A stretch of 53,351 nt of DNA from Clostridia bacterium. Its GTDB lineage: Bacteria > Bacillota > Clostridia > Christensenellales > UBA1242. The translations under genes were made by a program, and so were the position numbers. Location: the NCBI GenBank assembly GCA_028708805.1, contig JAQVYC010000001.1, forward strand, positions 10,404 through 63,754. Reading direction: 5' to 3'. Positions 8,743 to 18,429 of this stretch are shown here, in pieces (positions within the stretch are counted from its first letter, which is position 1; the number at the start of each line of letters is the position of its first letter). The notes under the pieces are model-generated. The model saw nothing but the letters and a program-made list of their open reading frames with translations. It did no database searches and had not been told where the DNA came from.

Positions 8743-10302
8743 ATGACAAAAGAAGAATTGGTAAATAAAAAAATATCCGCCATAAGTTTAGGGTGTGATA
8801 AGAATAAAGTCGACTTAGAACATATGCTTTTTTCATTGCAAGATTATGGTTTTCAAATAATAAGTGATATAAGCAATGCGGAAATATTAATTGTAAACAC
8901 ATGTGCTTTTATTCAGCCAGCAATCAAAGAAACAATTGAAAATATAAATTTAGCATTAAAACAAAAAACAATTGGTAAAGTGGAAAAAATTATTATATCA
9001 GGATGTTTTCCGCAACGAAATATCAATATATTAAAAGATAACTTTCCGCAAGTCGATTATTTTTTAACGCTAAATGAAAATGATAAAATTGTAAATGTAA
9101 TTGAAAATCTATATGAAGTTGCTTCCAGCAACTATTGCGTGGACCAAACTGGAAGATTGGTAACTCACGGTGGGAAATATGCTTTCTTGAAAATTGCGGA
9201 TGGTTGTTCAAATGGCTGTGCTTATTGCACAATTCCTCGAATAAGAGGGAGGTATCGTTCCATTCCTATTAATTTATTAATTAAAGAAGCAAAAAGGCTT
9301 GCATCCAAAGGATATAAAGAATTAATTTTAATTGCTCAAGACACCGCAAATTATGGAGATGACTTGTATGGCGAGCCAAAATTAATTGAACTTATTGAAA
9401 ATTTATCAAAAATAAATGGAATAAAATGGATTAGACTTCAATATGTTTATCCAAACTTGTTAACTGATGAACTTTTAGATTTTATTGCCAGCGAAGAAAA
9501 AGTTTGTAAATACATTGATATGCCTCTTCAACATATTGATAATGATATTTTACTATCAATGAACCGAAAATTAGATGAAAATAGCACTTTAAAATTAATA
9601 GAAAAAATTAAAACAAAATACCCTGAAATGATAATAAGAAGCACTTTTATTGTTGGGTTTCCGGGCGAAACTAGAAAAAAATTTCAAAAACTATGTGATT
9701 TTATTTCAACTGGTATTATTGATTATGCAGTATTTTTTCCGTATTTTAGAGAAGAAAACACAAAGGCATATTATATGAAAAATCAAGTATTGGAGTTTGT
9801 TAAAAAACGCAGATTAAAAAAAATAGAAGCAATTCAAAATATGGTGATTAATGTTAAAAATCAAGAGAAGCTAAATAAAATTGAAGAAGTGTTGATTGAT
9901 GAATACGACCCAATAGAAAAAATTTTTAAAGGACATAGCAAAAACAATTCGCCTTTGATAGATTTGTGTGTTATAATAAAAGCGAAACAAGAACTCGTTG
10001 AAAATGAAATTTCAATATTAGATGACAATCAAATTCAAAATGAAGAAAATGAAACGACTAATCAAAATAATGTAGCAGAAATTGAGGTTCAAGATAATAG
10101 AAAACCAAGTATTTTTAGAAACATTTTCAAAAAAATTAAAATCGGATTTAATAAATTAACATCAAATTATAAAACGAAAGATGAAGAACAATATACTTTG
10201 GTGGAAGATGATGACCAGCTAATAAATGTTAAAGTTGGTGAAATTTACAATGTGAAATTAATCGAAATAACAGATTCTGGATTTATAGGGGAAATTGTTT
10301 AA
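8743..10302 (+). CDS. rimO: Ribosomal protein S12 methylthiotransferase RimO, with an insertion in the TRAM domain
   Basis: MTTase N-terminal cysteines (SLGC, NTCAF, SGCF), radical-SAM CSNGCAYC, C-terminal TRAM-like ends. The rimO-pgsA-recA order is typical of Firmicutes. Confidence 0.85.
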   Translation: MTKEELVNKKISAISLGCDKNKVDLEHMLFSLQDYGFQIISDISNAEILIVNTCAFIQPAIKETIENINLALKQKTIGKVEKIIISGCFPQRNINILKDNFPQVDYFLTLNENDKIVNVIENLYEVASSNYCVDQTGRLVTHGGKYAFLKIADGCSNGCAYCTIPRIRGRYRSIPINLLIKEAKRLASKGYKELILIAQDTANYGDDLYGEPKLIELIENLSKINGIKWIRLQYVYPNLLTDELLDFIASEEKVCKYIDMPLQHIDNDILLSMNRKLDENSTLKLIEKIKTKYPEMIIRSTFIVGFPGETRKKFQKLCDFISTGIIDYAVFFPYFREENTKAYYMKNQVLEFVKKRRLKKIEAIQNMVINVKNQEKLNKIEEVLIDEYDPIEKIFKGHSKNNSPLIDLCVIIKAKQELVENEISILDDNQIQNEENETTNQNNVAEIEVQDNRKPSIFRNIFKKIKIGFNKLTSNYKTKDEEQYTLVEDDDQLINVKVGEIYNVKLIEITDSGFIGEIV

Positions 10303-10340
10303 ATTTAAAGAAAAGTTTATTATTTAAAGGAGATTAAGAC

Positions 10341-10949
10341 ATGACACCTAATCAAATAACTTTAATAAGGATATTTTTAGTGCCTTTTATGATATTTTTT
10401 TATCTTGCAGATTTTATTCCATATGGAAAATTAATTGCTGTTATTATTTTTGCTCTCGCAGCTATTACAGATTTCATTGATGGAAAGTTGGCCCGTAAAA
10501 CTGGAAAAGTAACCGACTTAGGCAAATTTTTAGACCCGATTGCAGACAAGGTTTTAGTGATGAGTGCTTTAATTTTAGTTGTAACAAGTCAAATGATTGT
10601 TAGTATGTGGGGAACTTGGGCAGCTATTATTGCAATTATAATTATTGCAAGAGAGTTTTTAGTGAGCCTATTAAGGCAAGTTGCTGCGAGCAAAAACATA
10701 ATTCTTTCGGCTGACAATTGGGGTAAATATAAAGCATTTTTACAAGATTTAGCAATTCCAGCATTTATGCTTTTAGTTTTTTTTGTAAATTATAATATTT
10801 TAACAGGAACTTGGCTGATGGCTTACATTTATTTTTGTTATTTATTAATAGCAGTAGCAACTTTACTTACAATTATTTCAGGAATTAATTATTTTATAAA
10901 GAACAAACATGTTTTTTGTGAAGGAAAAGAAAAAAACAATAAAATATAA
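10341..10949 (+). CDS. pgsA: CDP-diacylglycerol--glycerol-3-phosphate 3-phosphatidyltransferase
   Basis: CDP-alcohol phosphatidyltransferase motif [27 protein letters not shown]; multiple TM helices; AGGAG RBS. Confidence 0.9.
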   Translation: MTPNQITLIRIFLVPFMIFFYLADFIPYGKLIAVIIFALAAITDFIDGKLARKTGKVTDLGKFLDPIADKVLVMSALILVVTSQMIVSMWGTWAAIIAIIIIAREFLVSLLRQVAASKNIILSADNWGKYKAFLQDLAIPAFMLLVFFVNYNILTGTWLMAYIYFCYLLIAVATLLTIISGINYFIKNKHVFCEGKEKNNKI

Positions 10950-10960
10950 GGAGATTATAT

Positions 10961-12001
10961 ATGGCGGATAAAAAGCTAAATGAGGATAGAAAAAGAAATT
11001 TAGAGCAAGCTTTACTTGAAATTGAAAAGCAATTTGGTAAAGGTTCAATTATTAAATTAGGGGATAACCCTAAGCGTTCTATTGATGTTATTTCAACAGG
11101 TTGCTTAACACTTGATGTCGCACTTGGTATTGGTGGTGTGCCTAAGGGTAGGGTAATTGAAATTTATGGTCCTGAGTCTTCAGGAAAAACAACTGTTGCT
11201 TTGCATATTGTAGCAGAGGCTCAAAAATTAGGAGGCACTGCGGCTTTTATTGATGCCGAACATGCTCTTGACCCTATTTATGCTAAAAAATTAGGTGTTG
11301 ATGTGGATGAATTGTTTGTTTCACAGCCTGATAATGGTGAGCAGGCTCTTGATATTTGCGATACTTTAATAAGTAATGGAGCCGTAGACATAGTTATAAT
11401 TGATTCTGTTGCTGCTTTAACTCCTAGGGCTGAAATTGAAGGCGATATGGGGGATAGTCATATGGGGTTACAGGCAAGGCTTATGAGTCAGGCGCTTAGA
11501 AAGTTAACCTCTGTTATTAATAAGAGTAATGCTTGTGTTGTTTTCATAAATCAGTTGAGAGATAAAATTGGGGTTATGTATGGTTCACCGGAAACAACAG
11601 CGGGTGGAAAGGCATTGAAATTTTATTCTAGTATTAGGCTTGATGTTAGAAAAGGGGAGGCACTTAAAAACGGTACGGAAATAATTGGAAATAGAACTAA
11701 AGTAAAAGTTGTAAAAAACAAATTAGCTGCTCCTTTTAGAATCGCAGAATTTGATATTATATTTGGCGAAGGAATTTCAAAATCTGGTGTTGTTCTAGAC
11801 TTAGCAATTGAATTTGATTTGATACAAAAAACTGGCTCTTGGTATTCATATAAAAATGAAAAAATTGGTCAAGGCAAAGAAAATGCTAAAAATTTTATAA
11901 AAAGCAATCCAGAAGTATATAATGAGTTGGATTCAATTATTCGAAACAAATTATTTAATGAAACCGAAAATGAGAAATCTGAAAAAAAAGCAGATAATTA
12001 G
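10961..12001 (+). CDS. recA: Recombinase RecA
   Basis: Near-canonical RecA sequence with Walker [10 protein letters not shown] and the FINQLR motif; AAGGAG RBS. Confidence 0.98.
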   Translation: MADKKLNEDRKRNLEQALLEIEKQFGKGSIIKLGDNPKRSIDVISTGCLTLDVALGIGGVPKGRVIEIYGPESSGKTTVALHIVAEAQKLGGTAAFIDAEHALDPIYAKKLGVDVDELFVSQPDNGEQALDICDTLISNGAVDIVIIDSVAALTPRAEIEGDMGDSHMGLQARLMSQALRKLTSVINKSNACVVFINQLRDKIGVMYGSPETTAGGKALKFYSSIRLDVRKGEALKNGTEIIGNRTKVKVVKNKLAAPFRIAEFDIIFGEGISKSGVVLDLAIEFDLIQKTGSWYSYKNEKIGQGKENAKNFIKSNPEVYNELDSIIRNKLFNETENEKSEKKADN

Positions 12002-12086
12002 ATAGATATTTTTAGTAGGAACTTACCGCTCTGTATTTACATTTAGGTGAGAAACTTATCCAACTAAATTATTTTTTTTGAAAAAC

Positions 12087-12170
12087 AAAAAATCGCCGAT
12101 AGCAGAAGGCTCTACAAAGCTTGAAATAGCACTTAATGCTGCCTAAATCTCTTCGGTGATTTTTTATTTT
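12087..12170. terminator. Long branched hairpin between convergent recA and the PBP gene; likely bidirectional terminator
   Basis: aaaaaatcgccga (12087-12099) pairs with tcggtgatttttt (12153-12165), 12 bp with one G-U. It encloses an inner agca-cttaa-tgct hairpin, with an A-run upstream and a T-run downstream. Confidence 0.5.
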
Positions 12171-12235
12171 ATGGGCTTGTTTCAAGTTTATTAGTTTAAT
12201 CAAATGTTAAATTAATTAATTTTTTAACGAATTTT

Positions 12236-14500
12236 TTAAATATACCATTTTTCCTTTTTGTCGTTTACAATATTTTGTTTGTTGTAGAGTGTTAAAGTAT
12301 TACTTTTTTCTTCATTAATTATTATTCCATTACTGTTTTTTAATTTAGTAATCACATAATAATTTATTTTTTCTCGTTCATTAATATCATCATTAATTAT
12401 AATTTCTCCCTTTGTACCTGAAATTGATTTAATTAGTTCTGATTTTTCTCCTTTTTGCTTATATACTTCATATTGTAAATAATTACTTGCATCAAAAACT
12501 AAAATAGCTCTATTGTTTTTTATACAACCTGTTAAATTTGCAGGAAGAGTGTTAAACTCAGAACTTACAATGTTTTTGGGTGGATTAAACCTTGAAAAAA
12601 GTTCTTTTTTAATATAAATTTCAGGAGTTAATGAATTCGCAATTGAGATATTGTGATTATTTTCATATTCATTTAAATCTAAATTAATTTCTTCAACAGA
12701 GTTAGGTTTTTCAAAGTTTTTAGGTAATTTTTTAGAATAAATTTTTTCAAAATAGTCTCGAACAAGTAAAGTGGGTAAATTTCCACCAGCGGTATCTATA
12801 AGATTATTATCCATATTTCCAACCCAAACACCAACAACATTTTGTGTCGTGTAAGATATATTGTAAGCATCGGTGTTACCTTTTTTTGTTCCAACAGTTC
12901 CAGTTTTAGAAGATACATCAAAAGGCAGCACATTTAATTTTCGAGCAGTTCCTTCTATTACACAAGTTTTTAACATATCTGTTGCTAAAAAAGAACTATC
13001 TTCACGGAAAATGGTTTTTGCTTTTTCATCGTTCTTATAAACAATTTTACCCTCTTTTGTTGTTATGTAATGCACAAATTTAGGCGAAATATGTTTACCT
13101 TTATTTGCAAGAGAAATATAACCACCTACAAGTTTCTTTAAATTAATTCCATATGTCATTCCTCCCAATGTTAATGCATAATTATTATCTTGTGTGTCTA
13201 AATCAATATCTAACAGATTGGCATACTTTTTAATTTTATCTAATCCAAGATAAGAAGCAATTTTAACTGCGGATACATTTAACGATTTAGAAAGAGCTTC
13301 TCGTGCACTTATATAGCCATAATATTTCTCTCCAATATTTTTAGGTTCATAACCATTTATTGAAATAGGTTCATCTAAAATTAATGTTGCAGGTGAAATA
13401 ATATCTTCGTTTATCGCTGGGGCATAAACTAGAATTGGTTTAATGGTTGAACCCGGTTGCCTTTTATGTTCTAAAATTTTATAATCACTTTTACCTATGT
13501 AAGCTAATATTCCACCATTAAGCGGGTTAATATCAATATAAGCAAAATCGTTTTCAGACAAACTTTCATTATATTCCTTTATAGTTTTTTCAATGCTTAT
13601 TTGATTATCTAAGTTTTGATATGTATAAACTTTATAACCCCCAATTGCAATTTGTTTTTCGGGCATTTTTAAAATTTGCATAGCTTCATCAATTGCACCT
13701 TGCGAATAAGAATTTAATTTGTTTTTTCTAGTTTTATTTATTTTAATCTCTAAGTCTTTTGCTTTTTCAAGTTTATAAACCTCTTCGGGTATGAAACCAT
13801 CAGTTTTCATTTCTCTTAAAACAACATTTCTTCTTGTAAGGCATCGTTCATATTGTTTTACGGGCGAATAAAAATTAGGTGATTTTATCAGACCTGCTAG
13901 CATAGCACTTTCAGAAATGGATAAATCTTTTGCGCTTTTTGAAAAATAATATTCACTCGCATTTTCTAAACCATAACAATTACTTCCAAAATAAATTATA
14001 TTTAAATAGTTTTCTAAAATTTCATCTTTTGTAAAATTTCGTTCTAGGTCTAGGGCAAGCGAAATTTCATTTAATTTTCTAGATAAGGTTTTTTCGTTGG
14101 TTAAATGTGTGTTTTTTATTAATTGTTGACTAATCGTTGATGCGCCTTCCATTAATTTTAACTTTTTTAAATTGTTGAAAAAAGCTTTTCCTATTCTTTT
14201 AACTGAAATGCCATTATGATTATAGAAAGCTTTATCTTCAATTGAAATAAAAGCTTGCTTTGTATGAATTGGTATATACTCTAAGTTAATTTTAGTTCCA
14301 TTAAAAGTATTTGGTTCGTTAATTAATAAATTTTGTTGATTTAATACTTGAATAGATAAATTATTATCTGTGATTGCCTCTTTATTAAAAGGAATCCTCA
14401 TAAATGTTAATGAATAAATACAAATTCCAATAAATGAAAGTATTAAGATAATAACAAGACATATTAAGATCTTGAAACTTAAATTTACAATTTTCTTCAT
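12236..14500 (-). CDS. Class A penicillin-binding protein (glycosyltransferase plus transpeptidase)
   Basis: GT51 motifs EDKAFYNHNGI and GASTISQQL; transpeptidase motifs STIKP, SLN, KTGT. The track start at 14557 is a TTG; the ATG at 14500 (MKKIVNLSF..., TM anchor) is more likely. Confidence 0.88.
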   Translation of the reverse strand: MKKIVNLSFKILICLVIILILSFIGICIYSLTFMRIPFNKEAITDNNLSIQVLNQQNLLINEPNTFNGTKINLEYIPIHTKQAFISIEDKAFYNHNGISVKRIGKAFFNNLKKLKLMEGASTISQQLIKNTHLTNEKTLSRKLNEISLALDLERNFTKDEILENYLNIIYFGSNCYGLENASEYYFSKSAKDLSISESAMLAGLIKSPNFYSPVKQYERCLTRRNVVLREMKTDGFIPEEVYKLEKAKDLEIKINKTRKNKLNSYSQGAIDEAMQILKMPEKQIAIGGYKVYTYQNLDNQISIEKTIKEYNESLSENDFAYIDINPLNGGILAYIGKSDYKILEHKRQPGSTIKPILVYAPAINEDIISPATLILDEPISINGYEPKNIGEKYYGYISAREALSKSLNVSAVKIASYLGLDKIKKYANLLDIDLDTQDNNYALTLGGMTYGINLKKLVGGYISLANKGKHISPKFVHYITTKEGKIVYKNDEKAKTIFREDSSFLATDMLKTCVIEGTARKLNVLPFDVSSKTGTVGTKKGNTDAYNISYTTQNVVGVWVGNMDNNLIDTAGGNLPTLLVRDYFEKIYSKKLPKNFEKPNSVEEINLDLNEYENNHNISIANSLTPEIYIKKELFSRFNPPKNIVSSEFNTLPANLTGCIKNNRAILVFDASNYLQYEVYKQKGEKSELIKSISGTKGEIIINDDINEREKINYYVITKLKNSNGIIINEEKSNTLTLYNKQNIVNDKKEKWYI

Positions 14501-14605
14501 ATTTATATTATGGTATGTATAAAGTAATTTATGCTTATAATAAAGTTGATTTTTCAACTTATATTCATATATTAATAATTTAATTTTACAAAATATCTAG
14601 ATTTT

Positions 14606-15778
14606 ATGTGGAATATATTGTATAATAAAAGTATTATGCAAAAAAAATATTTTATCACAACATATGGTTGCCAATTAAATGTTCACGAATCTGAAAAACT
14701 AGCTGGTATTATGCAAGAATTAAATTATGTTATGGCTGATAAGCTTGAAGATGCAAATGTTATTATTTTTAATACTTGTGCAATTCGTGGAGGAGCAGAA
14801 GAAAGGGCAATTGGGAATATAAGTGCCTTAAAAAAATTCAAACAGCAAAATAAAAATAAGATAATTGCTGTCTGCGGATGTATGACGCAACAAAAATCAA
14901 TAGCGGATGATATGTACAAAAAATTTCCATTTATTGATATAATTTTTGGAACAAATAATATTCATTTGTTAAAAGATTTTTTAGAAAGAAAAAACAACCA
15001 AAAAAGAATTTTAGAATACAGCGAAGACTTTAATTTAGATGGCGAAAAATGCCCAATTCACCGTACAAGTGAAAACAATGCTTGGGTGAATATTATGCAA
15101 GGTTGCAATAACTTTTGCTCTTATTGCATAGTTCCATATGTGAGAGGGCGTGAACGAAGCCGACCCAAAGATGAAATTTTAGAAGAAATAAAACAAATCA
15201 TAAAAGAGAATAAATACGAAAAAATTACTTTGTTGGGTCAAAATGTTAATTCCTATGGAAAGGATACCTTAGAAACAAATTTTGCTCAATTATTGCAAGA
15301 GATATGTAACTTAAAAGATGATTTCAAATTAACATTTATGACTTCTAACCCAAAAGATTTAAGCAGTGATATTATAGAAGTTATTGCCAAGAATGATAAA
15401 ATACTTAAAGAAATTCATTTGCCCGTACAAAGTGGAAGCAATGCAATTTTGCGAAAAATGAATAGAAAATATACAACAGAAAAATATTTGTCAATAATAA
15501 ATGAAATTAAAATAAAAATTCCGAATGTCCGCCTTACAACAGATATAATTGTTGGTTTCCCTAGTGAAACGGAAGAAGATTTTCAAATGACTTGCGAACT
15601 AATAAAAGCAGTACAATTTGACGGCGTTTTTGCTTTTATGTATTCTAAAAGACCAGGAACTCCAGCTGCGGAGATGCCTGAACAAATTGATTTAAAAACA
15701 AAAAAAACACGAGTTAATCAAGTTTTAAAGATTGCAAAAGAAATAAAGCAAGCCAAAAAAATGAAAGATAATAAATGA
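14606..15778 (+). CDS. miaB: tRNA methylthiotransferase MiaB, apparently lacking the C-terminal TRAM domain
   Basis: TYGCQLN, NTCAIR and VCGCM cluster cysteines plus radical-SAM CNNFCSYC; the miaB-mutS-mutL-miaA order is conserved. Start may be the ATG at 14636 (MQKKYF). Confidence 0.8.
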   Translation: MWNILYNKSIMQKKYFITTYGCQLNVHESEKLAGIMQELNYVMADKLEDANVIIFNTCAIRGGAEERAIGNISALKKFKQQNKNKIIAVCGCMTQQKSIADDMYKKFPFIDIIFGTNNIHLLKDFLERKNNQKRILEYSEDFNLDGEKCPIHRTSENNAWVNIMQGCNNFCSYCIVPYVRGRERSRPKDEILEEIKQIIKENKYEKITLLGQNVNSYGKDTLETNFAQLLQEICNLKDDFKLTFMTSNPKDLSSDIIEVIAKNDKILKEIHLPVQSGSNAILRKMNRKYTTEKYLSIINEIKIKIPNVRLTTDIIVGFPSETEEDFQMTCELIKAVQFDGVFAFMYSKRPGTPAAEMPEQIDLKTKKTRVNQVLKIAKEIKQAKKMKDNK

Positions 15779-15805
15779 TTTACAAACTTAAAAAGGAGAA
15801 AAATA

Positions 15806-18400
15806 ATGCCTTTAACACCAATGATGCAGCATTATTTAGAAATCAAGGAAAAACATAAAGATGCAGTGGTTTTATATCGACTAGGTGATTTTTATGAGAT
15901 GTTTTTTGATGATGCAATAGAGATGTCGAAAGTGTTGGATATAACCTTAACTGGCCGAGATTGCGGACTGGAACAAAGAGCCCCAATGTGCGGTGTGCCT
16001 TATCATTCTGTTGATACATACATTGCAAAACTTTTAAAAGAAGGGCGAAAAATTGCTTTATGTGAGCAGTTAAACGAAGCTAAAAAAGGTGTTAAAGTTG
16101 AGCGAGATGTTGTAAGGGTCATAACTCCGGGAACAATAACGGAAGACAATATGCTTGATGAATTGAAAAACAATTACATACTATGCGTTTATAAGTCTCA
16201 GAAGAAAATAGGTGTGGCTTATTCAGACATATCAACAGGTGAGTTTTACACAACCGAGTATACAAAAAATTTAATATCTAACCTTAGTGATTTGGTTGTA
16301 AGAATTAATCCAGCTGAAATAATATGCAATAATGAAGGACGACAAGCACTAGAAGAGATTCCAGTCGCCAAACTTGTAACTTTGCCTAAATTTGACATTT
16401 ATTATAATTGGGCTTTTGAGTCTGAGCGGGCAATAAACAACTTAAAAAAGCAGTTTTCAAATGTTGTGTTGAATATATACGAAATTAATGACATGCCAGA
16501 AGCTATTTGTGCATGCGGAGCACTTCTGGAATATTTAAACGAAACTCAAAAGAAAAGTTTAGTTCATATCAATAAAATAAAAAAAATTGATACCGCAAAA
16601 TATATGATTTTAGATATCATTGCAAGGCGAAATTTAGAACTTGTTGAAACAATAAGAGAAAGAAAAAAGAAAGGTTCTTTGCTTGCACTGTTAGATAATA
16701 CCAGAACTTCAATGGGTGGCAGATTAATAAGAAATTGGCTGGACCAGCCTTTAAAAGACAGCAAAGAAATAAATGCTAGATTATCCGCCGTTGAAGAATT
16801 ATGTGGTAATTTGATTTTAAGAGATAGTTTAAAGGATGAACTTTCAAAAGTAAGTGATATTGAAAGATTGACTTCAAGAATAGGTCTTTCTTTGATTACT
16901 CCAAGAGAGTGCATAAAATTAAAAAAATCATTATCAGTAATTCCTAACATAAAAAAATTGCTTAATGGAACAACATCTCAAAAATTAAATAATTTTCACA
17001 GCGACATAAAAGATTTCAATCAAATTTTTACTCTTTTAGATTGTGCAATTAAAGAACAACCATCACAGAATATGCGTGATGGCGATTTCATTTCTGATGG
17101 TTATAACAATGAATTAGATGAACTTAGGTTAATTAAAAATCATGGAGTAGAGTGGATTGCTGAACTAGAAGCCCGTGAACAGAATGATACCGGTATTAAA
17201 AACTTAAAAATAAAATTCAATAATGTTTATGGATATTTTATTGAAGTTAGCAAAAACCTTTGTGAAAAAATTCCAATTAACTATCATAGGAAACAAACTG
17301 TTGGAAATAATGACAGATATTTTACAGAAGAGCTGAAATTAATCGAAGAGAAAATTTTGAGTGCTGATGAAAAAGGCATTAAGCTTGAATATCAATTATT
17401 TAATGAAGTTAGAATAATTTTAATTGATTTTATTAAAGACTTCCAAGAAATTTCAACCATTGTTTCAGAACTGGATTGCTTATTATCTTTGTCGCATCTT
17501 GCAATAAAAAATAATTATGTAAAGCCTGTAATTAGTGATAAAATTAAGCATATTAAAATAACGGATGGTCGGCATCCTGTTATTGAAAATTATCTAAAAG
17601 ATAGTCAATTTATTGCTAATGACACTTTTTTGGATCAAGATAAAAATAAAATTATGATAATCACAGGGCCGAATATGGCTGGTAAAAGTACATATATGCG
17701 TCAAGTTGCACTTATAACATTGCTTGCACATATTGGCTCTTTTGTGCCAGCAAAATATGCTGAAATTAGTATTGTAGATAGAATTTTCACAAGAGTTGGT
17801 GCTAGCGATGATTTGGCATTAGGGCAAAGTACTTTTATGGTGGAAATGATGGAAATGGCGAACATTTTACACAATGCTACAAATGAAAGTCTTGTTATTC
17901 TAGATGAAATTGGCAGAGGAACTTCTACTTTTGATGGACTTAGTATAGCGTGGTCTATGGTGGAATATTTGTGTAAGAATATGAAGACCAAAGCTTTGTT
18001 TGCAACTCATTATCACGAATTGACTGAACTTGAAGGTCTGTTGACTGGTATAAAAAACTATAAAATAAATGTTAAAGAAATTAATAATTCAATAGTCTTT
18101 TTAAGAAAAATTGTGAGAGGTGGTGCTAATAAAAGCTTTGGAATCGAAGTGGCAGCATTAGCAGGACTTCCCGAAGAAATTATAACCCGTGCAAAAGAGA
18201 TAAGCCATAACATAGAACAGAATGATTTTAACATCAAACTTGGAACACAACAAGTTGAACAAAACGAAGAAATACAGACTAAGGTTAAAAATAATTTGCA
18301 GGTAATTGAAATAATAAAAGATTTAAAAATAGAAACAGTAACGCCACTTGAAGCTTTTGAGATTTTAGCAGATTTAATTAAAAAAATCAAACAACAATAA
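15806..18400 (+). CDS. mutS: DNA mismatch repair protein MutS
   Basis: 864 aa; N-terminal mismatch-binding region (TPMMQHYLEIK), Walker A GPNMAGKST, STF-VEM motif; AAGGAG RBS. Confidence 0.96.
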   Translation: MPLTPMMQHYLEIKEKHKDAVVLYRLGDFYEMFFDDAIEMSKVLDITLTGRDCGLEQRAPMCGVPYHSVDTYIAKLLKEGRKIALCEQLNEAKKGVKVERDVVRVITPGTITEDNMLDELKNNYILCVYKSQKKIGVAYSDISTGEFYTTEYTKNLISNLSDLVVRINPAEIICNNEGRQALEEIPVAKLVTLPKFDIYYNWAFESERAINNLKKQFSNVVLNIYEINDMPEAICACGALLEYLNETQKKSLVHINKIKKIDTAKYMILDIIARRNLELVETIRERKKKGSLLALLDNTRTSMGGRLIRNWLDQPLKDSKEINARLSAVEELCGNLILRDSLKDELSKVSDIERLTSRIGLSLITPRECIKLKKSLSVIPNIKKLLNGTTSQKLNNFHSDIKDFNQIFTLLDCAIKEQPSQNMRDGDFISDGYNNELDELRLIKNHGVEWIAELEAREQNDTGIKNLKIKFNNVYGYFIEVSKNLCEKIPINYHRKQTVGNNDRYFTEELKLIEEKILSADEKGIKLEYQLFNEVRIILIDFIKDFQEISTIVSELDCLLSLSHLAIKNNYVKPVISDKIKHIKITDGRHPVIENYLKDSQFIANDTFLDQDKNKIMIITGPNMAGKSTYMRQVALITLLAHIGSFVPAKYAEISIVDRIFTRVGASDDLALGQSTFMVEMMEMANILHNATNESLVILDEIGRGTSTFDGLSIAWSMVEYLCKNMKTKALFATHYHELTELEGLLTGIKNYKINVKEINNSIVFLRKIVRGGANKSFGIEVAALAGLPEEIITRAKEISHNIEQNDFNIKLGTQQVEQNEEIQTKVKNNLQVIEIIKDLKIETVTPLEAFEILADLIKKIKQQ

Positions 18401-18429
18401 AAAAATATATGGCGTATAAGAGGAATACA

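Noticed and set aside
10901-10914. GAACAAACATGTTT near the pgsA 3' end as a recA SOS box
   Set aside because: The half-sites are spaced N6 (or form a 5-0-5 palindrome AAACATGTTT) rather than the GAAC-N4-GTTC geometry. The string lies inside the pgsA coding sequence.
14598-14636. Leaderless miaB from a TATAAT at 14621-14626
   Set aside because: No acceptable -35 lies at 17 nt, and there are 9 nt between the -10 and the ATG at 14636. The evidence is weaker than for engB, so the start codon is left as uncertain.
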